Position numbers and translations under genes: made by a program. This document shows positions 17,925 through 23,064 of a stretch of 23,064 nucleotides of DNA, piece after piece (position 1 is the first letter of the stretch; every line of letters begins with the position of its first letter). A model generated the notes under the pieces. That model was given only the letters and a program-made list of their open reading frames with translations. It was not told where the DNA came from and did no database searches. Origin of the DNA: an uncultured Verrucomicrobiae bacterium (GTDB taxonomy: Bacteria; Verrucomicrobiota; Verrucomicrobiia; Chthoniobacterales; UBA10450); NCBI GenBank assembly GCA_963815455.1, contig CAWFGO010000006.1:1-23064 (forward strand), given 5' to 3'.

Positions 17925-18782
17925 ATGCCCGGCATCGACAATGACAAATCCGAATCCGAGAACGCGCTCTCGGCGAATCCGCTTGTTTTTGTCCGCGAAT
18001 TTGGCCGGTTTGGCGACAACTTTTTCATAGAAGTTGGGAGCATCTTTTGGTTCGTCATTCAGACGCTTGCCGAAACGTTCGAGCGTATTCGCAACGGCCG
18101 CGTCCCATTTCGCGCGTCCAGTTTTTTCCGGCATACCGAACGGGCCGGGGTCGATTCGGTCCCGTTGGTGGGCCTGGTTTCATTTTTGCTCGGCCTGACC
18201 ATGGCCCTGCTCACCGGCTATCAATTGCAGCGTTTTGGCACGGAGCGGCTGGTTCCTGGCCTGGTTTCAATCGCGTTTACCCGCGAGCTCGGCCCATTGA
18301 TCACGGGAATCATGCTGGCGGCCCGGATCGGCGCGGCTTTCACGGCCGAGCTGGGCACAATGCAGGTATCCGAGGAAGTGGAAGCGATCGAAGCAATGGG
18401 AATCGGTCCGCTGCGATTTTTGGTTGCGCCTCGTATGCTGGCGCTGTTTCTCCTGATGCCGTGTCTTTCCACGGTGGCGAACGTGGCCGCGATTGCCGGC
18501 AGCAGTCTGGTTTGTCGGGCTTACTTTAGCATGGCTTTCCCTTATTTTATCGATCTGGTGACCGATGCATTGCTCATTCGCGATATCATCACCGGCATCC
18601 TCAAGAGCTTCATTTTCGGTTTCTTGATCGCTGGAATTGCGTGTTACCGGGGGCTAACCGTGAAAGGCGGTGCCGCCGGTGTCGGCACGGCGACTACATC
18701 GAGCGTGGTTACCGCCATCACCACGGTGATCGGTTTCGATACGCTCTATAACATTGTTTACATCGTCTTCTTCCCATTGTGA
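17925..18782 (+). CDS. mlaE: MlaE/YrbE-family ABC permease
   Basis: RELGPLITGIMLAARIGAAFTAELGTMQVSEEVEAIEAMG and GGAAGVGTATTSSVV. Confidence 0.93.
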   Translation: MPGIDNDKSESENALSANPLVFVREFGRFGDNFFIEVGSIFWFVIQTLAETFERIRNGRVPFRASSFFRHTERAGVDSVPLVGLVSFLLGLTMALLTGYQLQRFGTERLVPGLVSIAFTRELGPLITGIMLAARIGAAFTAELGTMQVSEEVEAIEAMGIGPLRFLVAPRMLALFLLMPCLSTVANVAAIAGSSLVCRAYFSMAFPYFIDLVTDALLIRDIITGILKSFIFGFLIAGIACYRGLTVKGGAAGVGTATTSSVVTAITTVIGFDTLYNIVYIVFFPL

Positions 18783-19570
18783 ACGCGACCAATTCCCACG
18801 TGGTTGAGCTGCGCGATGTGACCAAGCAGTTCGAGGAAAAGAAAGTGCTCGACGACATGTCGCTCGATGTGAACTCATGCGATCGGCTGGTCGTAATGGG
18901 CCAAAGCGGCAGCGGCAAAAGCACCATTCTGCGGCTTATTCTGGGAATTCTTCAACCCGACGCAGGCTCGGTGTTCTTTAAACAATTCGAAGTCACCCGG
19001 CTGCGCCGGCGAAAGTTGCAACAGGTCCGTCAGAACATCGGAATGGTTTATCAATACTCCGCGCTATTGAGCTCGCGCAACGTGCGGGAAAACGTCGCTT
19101 TACCGCTCGAGGAATTGACCGATAAATCGCGCAAAGAAATTGATGAAATTGTCGATCACAAACTCGAGCTCGTCGGCATGCTGGAAGCGCGAGAACAAAT
19201 GCCCTCGGAGTTAAGCGGCGGTATGCGGAAACGCGTGAGCCTGGCCCGCGCTCTCGTTCTCGAGCCGGAACTGATCCTGTTCGACGAACCATCCGCCGGG
19301 CTCGACCCCGTGATCACCGCGGTCATCGACGAATTAATAATCAGTCTCACCGAGAAATCGAAAGTGACTTCGATTATAGTGACCCACGACATGGGCAGCG
19401 CCTTTCGCATCGGCACGCGAATGGCTATGTTATACCAGGGAAAAATCATTGAAGATGCCGAGCCCGAGAAATTCAAACAATCGCAAAACCCGGTCGTCGC
19501 TCAGTTCTTGAGCGGCAGCACCGAAGGTCCCATTCTGGAAGGCAGCCAAGATGCAATTACGACGAAATGA
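18779..19570 (+). CDS. mlaF: MlaF/Mkl-family ABC ATPase
   Basis: GQSGSGKST, PSELSGGMRKRVSLARAL, LFDEPSAGLDP and VTHD. Overlaps the mlaE stop (GTGA). Confidence 0.93.
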   Translation: MNATNSHVVELRDVTKQFEEKKVLDDMSLDVNSCDRLVVMGQSGSGKSTILRLILGILQPDAGSVFFKQFEVTRLRRRKLQQVRQNIGMVYQYSALLSSRNVRENVALPLEELTDKSRKEIDEIVDHKLELVGMLEAREQMPSELSGGMRKRVSLARALVLEPELILFDEPSAGLDPVITAVIDELIISLTEKSKVTSIIVTHDMGSAFRIGTRMAMLYQGKIIEDAEPEKFKQSQNPVVAQFLSGSTEGPILEGSQDAITTK

Positions 19571-20558
19571 AATAATGACCGGACTGCTCGTGGTCGGCAC
19601 CGTGGCCGCGCTCGCGTTTGTGCTCATCCTTCTCGGCGCGCCCGGGCTTTTCCGCCCGCTGGTGACCTATCGAATTTACGTCGATAACGCCGCCGGAATT
19701 AAACTGGGGGCGCCGGTCATGCTGGCCGGACGAAAGATCGGCCAGGTTTCAAAATTGTTCTCGCCCGTGTCGCGTGAAGAAGAGCAGCGGGCGCAGGAAG
19801 CCGCCGCTGTTTATCGTAAACCGGAGGCAGGCGCGACGCCGGCGCGGCCCGATGGCAAACCGAAATATGAAGCACGCATCGACGTCCAGGTGGACAAGAG
19901 CGGGATCGTTTATCGCGATGCCTACGCGCGCCTGATGCAGCTCGGCTTGCTCGGCGAAATGGCGATCGACTTCACCCAGGGCACCGAGGCGTCAGGGCAG
20001 GCCCACGACGGCGAGATTTTCGCCGGCGAACGCACCCCGGATTTTAGCGAAGCGGCGTCCAAGATGCTCGAAATCATCAAGCCGGTCGCGGCCGAAGCGA
20101 CCTCCACCATGAAAGAGCTGGAGACCACGGCGCAAAATCTCAGCCGTATCACCGAGCAGAATTCCGAGCTCAACCTTGCCCTGGTTCAGTTCAAGAAGTT
20201 CGGCGAGCACCTTGTCGATCTTTCCGCGCCGGACAGCCCGCTTTCGGTCTCGCTCAGGAACATAGAAAAAATCAGCAACGACCTCTCGGCCAACAATAAT
20301 CTCGCCGTGACGCTCGATAACTTCCGGGACTCGTCGGAAAAATTAAAAATTACGATGCGCGATCTCGAACCGGTCGGCGCGAACATCAAGGAATTCAGCG
20401 AGACCATAAAAGCGGAGCCGTGGCGTCTGATCTGGCGCGGCAGCAAGAAATCTTCTGAAGAACAAGCGGCCGGCGAAGCCACCATCACCGTACGCAAAAG
20501 CACGAAAACAAAATCCCGGCCCAGCCCGACGCCCGGCGCGCGAACCGGCAGCCGCTAA
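19551..20558 (+). CDS. mlaD: MCE/MlaD-family protein with C-terminal helical extension
   Basis: N-terminal TM, NAAGIKLGAPVMLAGRKIGQV, GLLGEMAIDF and terminal PWRLIW. In an operon with mlaEF. Confidence 0.88.
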   Translation: MQLRRNEIMTGLLVVGTVAALAFVLILLGAPGLFRPLVTYRIYVDNAAGIKLGAPVMLAGRKIGQVSKLFSPVSREEEQRAQEAAAVYRKPEAGATPARPDGKPKYEARIDVQVDKSGIVYRDAYARLMQLGLLGEMAIDFTQGTEASGQAHDGEIFAGERTPDFSEAASKMLEIIKPVAAEATSTMKELETTAQNLSRITEQNSELNLALVQFKKFGEHLVDLSAPDSPLSVSLRNIEKISNDLSANNNLAVTLDNFRDSSEKLKITMRDLEPVGANIKEFSETIKAEPWRLIWRGSKKSSEEQAAGEATITVRKSTKTKSRPSPTPGARTGSR

Positions 20559-20735
20559 GCTGCCGTAGTTCAGGGTAGCGCACCGCCTGCCCGCCGGTTC
20601 GGGCGTTTGGCGTGTCTGGTGAGCGCGTCCTCGCGGTGACGAACTTTATTCAGGCGGGATATCATCGTGGCGGAGCGAACACTTTGGAGCTGGTCCCGTG
20701 TTTCCTCTTACCTTGTTGGCTAGGTTGTTGGGTTG

Positions 20736-20772
20736 AATCCGTTATCGGAGGTGGGCCAGCCGTTTTCGGACG
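20736..20772. promoter_or_regulatory. Tandem enhancer-like palindromes upstream of P3
   Basis: AATCCGTTATCGGAGG (20736-20751) and CAGCCGTTTTCGGACG (20757-20772), 21 bp apart. CCG-N4-CGG core as in the P1/P2 enhancers, about 76-97 bp from P3. Confidence 0.55.
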
Positions 20773-20847
20773 CGGCCGAAAAATCTTCACTTAATCGACG
20801 ATTTTTGTTTACATGATCGTCACACAACTGTAACACAGTTGTAACAA

Positions 20848-20863
20848 AGGCACGATTGGTGCT
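20848..20863 (+). promoter_or_regulatory. Putative sigma-54 promoter P3
   Basis: AGGCACGATTGGTGCT (GG-N10-GC, two deviations from consensus). ATG is 14 nt after the -12 C, as at P2. Confidence 0.6.
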
Positions 20864-20875
20864 AAATGTGAACAT

Positions 20876-20962
20876 ATGCTCGTAATCGGTTTTCTTGTCG
20901 TATTCATTGGGATCCCAGCTTCGATCGCCTTCTATTTGGGCCGAACCAAAGCGGCACGGTAA
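20876..20962 (+). CDS. 28-aa hydrophobic membrane peptide MLVIGFLVVFIGIPASIAFYLGRTKAAR (below the ORF-track cutoff)
   Basis: Manually translated ATG..TAA: 22 uncharged residues then a basic tail, directly behind P3. Confidence 0.55.
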   Translation: MLVIGFLVVFIGIPASIAFYLGRTKAAR

Positions 20963-21017
20963 GGACGTCGGCTGACCTCCCACAAACGGGCGTTTACCCG
21001 AGTCCGCGGGGTTCAAT

Positions 21018-21141
21018 ATCTAACGAGAACAAGCTGAGCGACCGCCGCCGAGAGCGAGCGTGGTCCGTAGTCGGTGGTCAGTAGTCATGTTGTCGCGCGG
21101 AGCCCAGGCGGGTGGCGGTTAGCTCGACTGATTGGTTAGAT
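21018..21141 (-). other. Integron attC site 1 (complete, 124 bp)
   Basis: Minus strand: R'' ATCTAAC (contains the cassette gene stop), L'' region agtcGAGCtaACCGCC, variable loop, GGCGGTcGCTCagct, then R' GTTAGAT. The R boxes are perfectly complementary. Confidence 0.88.
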
Positions 21142-21447
21142 CGTCGTTCCATCACGCAACGAAGCGCGCCATCGATGGAAAATCCACCAGAAGCTCCAGA
21201 ACACTGTAAGGACAACGAGATACAGCAAAACATCGATCGCAATGCTCAAGCCAAGCACGCTGAAAACCTGAGCCGTGTGACCCGGCTCCATGGCCATCAG
21301 CAGGACCGAACTAGGCCAAAAGTAGAACAGTCGCTCTCCAGCGAAGCTAAAAATGTGCAGCCAAAGTCCGACCATGATAAGCACCGGCAAAACTGCACCG
21401 ACAATAATCGCCAGCAGAATGACGTATCGAAATCTGGGAAGGCGCAT
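21136..21447 (-). CDS. Gene-cassette ORF: 103-aa membrane protein with about 3 TM, function unknown
   Basis: ATG is 4 nt after R' GTTAGAT of attC2 and TAA lies within R'' of attC1, the classic cassette geometry. Strongly hydrophobic. Confidence 0.8.
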   Translation of the reverse strand: MRLPRFRYVILLAIIVGAVLPVLIMVGLWLHIFSFAGERLFYFWPSSVLLMAMEPGHTAQVFSVLGLSIAIDVLLYLVVLTVFWSFWWIFHRWRASLRDGTTI

Positions 21448-21451
21448 CGAG

Positions 21452-21552
21452 ATCTAACGAGAACAAGATGAGCGACGGCGGAGGAGGGGCGCGGCGCTCG
21501 GAGTTGAAGTGTGGAAGTCATATCAAGAGTGGAGCGTACGGTCCGCCGTTAG
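21452..21552 (-). other. Integron attC site 2, interrupted at the L'' box by the IS110-family element
   Basis: ATCTAACGAGAACAAGATGAGCGACGGC is 26/28 identical to attC1. Inner arms GACGGCGGA/TCCGCCGTT are present. Homology stops after GTTAG, where attC1 continues GTTAG-CTCG. Confidence 0.82.
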
Positions 21553-21599
21553 ATGCCATGAAGGGTTGAAAGCGTGGGCAAAACGGGCACACGCGTTGT

Positions 21600-22715
21600 A
21601 TGAAAAACAAAACAACAACAACCCTTCATGGCGGAGAGAAGTTTAACAATTCAAGCGCCCCTGGCAATGGGGCAGTGAGGCGGGTGTGGAAGCTTGGGCT
21701 GGACGTGGACCTGCGTTTTATGGTGGTGGCGATCCAGTGTGGGCGGGGAACGATTGGGCCGGCGCGGAAGTATACTCGCGAGCAGTTGCTCGAGTGGGTG
21801 AAGCAAAAAGTGGGTGTAGGCGATGTGGTCTACGCGGTGTGGGAATGCTGCGGATTTGGGTACACGTTGCACGAGCAATTAACTCAAGCGGGAGCAAAGA
21901 GCGTCGGGACGACCCCGATGCGATTAAATTTGGAGCGGCGGCGGAAGAACGACCGGATGGATGCGCGCGAGTTGTGTGTGCGATTGAGCCGTTACCTGGA
22001 TGGGCAGAGGAGGAATAAGACCAATCCGAATCCCGAGCCGGGCGGAGCAACAACGGCGGAGCTGGGGCGGCAGCGGGAGTTTTGGAAACGCCAAGTGCGG
22101 CGGCTGGAGAATCACGGGCGTGCGCTGCGGATCGAGTATGAAGATGAGACCCTGGAGGCCGGGTGGGGCGGACCGCGGAAGTGGAAACGGCTCGGGGCGA
22201 GTGCAGCGAATTTGTGCGCGCCCAACTTGAACCGGTCATGGGGCAGATCCGAGCTGCCAAAGCGGAATTAGAGCGGCTGACCCAACAGATTGAAGCGCGG
22301 GTGAGGGAAAAAAAAATCCCGAAGGGACTGGGGGCGCTAACTGTATCTCTGATGGACGGGGAGGTGTGCGACTGGCAACGCTTCAGCACGCAAAGCCGTC
22401 GGGAGCTACACCGGGTGTTGCCCGAGCGAATACAGTTCAGCCGGGATCCAGCGTTTTGGAAGCATCGACCGGCACGGCAACAAACATTTGCGCACGCTCC
22501 TGGTCGAGGCGGTCTGGCGACTTCTTCGCTGGCAGCCTAATTGGCATGCTCGTCAGAAATATCTGGAGAAATTAAGGCACGGCGCCTCGCTGAAAAAGAA
22601 AATCGCAGTGGCCCTGGCCCGGCAACTCGCCATAGACATCTGGCGCTGGCGAACCGGCCGGGCCAGTGCCGCCGAACTGGGCTGGAGCCTGTCTACATCC
22701 CAGGTGAAACCCTAA
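21600..22715 (+). CDS. IS110-family DEDD transposase/recombinase, frameshifted in this sequence
   Basis: RuvC-like KLGLDVD, VWECCGFG and KNDRMDA. C-terminal domain SYTGCCPSEYSSAG...GSIDRHGNKHLRTLLVEAVW...KKIAVALARQLAIDIW. Indels near 22010-22060, 22200 and 22390. Confidence 0.9.
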
Positions 22716-22763
22716 CAAACAGATTTAACCCTCAGCTTTTACGAAACGGAACTTCCAAGCAAA

Positions 22764-22984
22764 GTTTGATTTGGCCGCAGGGTGGAACGCTGCTCGGCGC
22801 TGGAGCTGGTCCTTTGAAACCAAGGGATCATCGCTTAGATGGGGCGCGTTCCGCCCAAAGCGGCTTCCCAAAGTCAGGCACGACATCATGGGCTCGCACA
22901 ACAAAAGCGATGCTCGAATAGGTGTTGTTGAGTTGCCCCGGCGAGACAACACGACAGAGGGAAGCTGCACCCTGCGGATCAAAC
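22764..22984 (+). ncRNA. Putative bridge RNA / seekRNA of the IS1111-type element
   Basis: Closing stem GTTTGAT..CCGCAGGGTG / CACCCTGCGG.ATCAAAC. Domain 1: GGAACGC/GCGTTCC stem, internal loop, hairpin TGGTCCTTTG/CAAGGGATCA. Domain 2: GCGGCTTCCC/GGGAAGCTGC stem with inner hairpins. Folded by eye only. Confidence 0.72.
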
Positions 22985-23064
22985 CACTAAAGATTGGAAA
23001 AACCGGGAAAGGAAAAAACTAAAGAAAAACAAACAATACCCGTTCCACGGTTGACAACCCTCAT

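Larger units (their letters stand above)
21551..23064 (+). mobile_element. IS110-family, IS1111-type insertion sequence (last few bp are beyond the window)
   Basis: Sub-terminal IRs ATGAAGGGTTGAAAGCGTGG (21558-21577) and CCACGGTTGACAACCCTCAT (23045-23064). IRL is 7 nt from the AG core. DEDD transposase followed by a ~350 bp 3' non-coding region. Confidence 0.88.

Noticed and set aside
20720..21016. 98-aa minus-strand ORF as a second cassette gene
   Set aside because: TTG start, no recognisable motifs and no downstream attC. It overlaps a better supported plus-strand promoter and peptide. Not fully excluded.
21112..21471. 119-aa plus-strand ORF
   Set aside because: Antisense shadow of the cassette gene, whose start and stop fit the attC geometry.
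21018..21479. Two 28-bp direct repeats as a CRISPR array or IS target duplication
   Set aside because: They are 434 bp apart with a gene between and have R/L box architecture, so they are attC sites. No cas genes are present.
21452..21554. attC2 as a complete short attC ending in GTTAGAT at 21548-21554
   Set aside because: This GTTAG aligns with the inner GTTAG of attC1, the L'' box is missing, and the following AT belongs to the IS left end.
22541..23022. ORFs in the IS 3' region as accessory genes
   Set aside because: No motifs and weak starts. The region is better explained by extensive RNA base-pairing.

Overview
GC-rich bacterial DNA. Repeat types and gene style suggest a soil Verrucomicrobia/Acidobacteria-like organism (inference only). 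1-14.1 kb, minus strand: a MacB/FtsX-type ABC exporter cluster (3 duplicated-domain permeases, 2 LolD/MacB-type ATPases, 1 membrane fusion protein) surrounding an NtrC-type sigma-54 regulator and a 2-TM histidine kinase. Two sigma-54 promoters each have a tandem palindromic enhancer exactly 100 bp upstream and each first transcribe a small single-TM protein; the two proteins share a motif. 14.1-20.6 kb is housekeeping: DsbA-like protein, rhomboid protease, GT2, isoaspartyl peptidase, mlaEFD. 20.7-23.06 kb is accessory: a third sigma-54 promoter with enhancers driving an unannotated 28-aa hydrophobic peptide, an integron gene cassette between two attC sites (no integrase in the window), and an IS110-family (IS1111-type) element inserted in the second attC. 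Its 3' non-coding region folds into a two-loop bridge/seekRNA-like structure whose putative guide reads like an attC L'' box. Frameshifts cluster at both window ends and may be sequencing errors.
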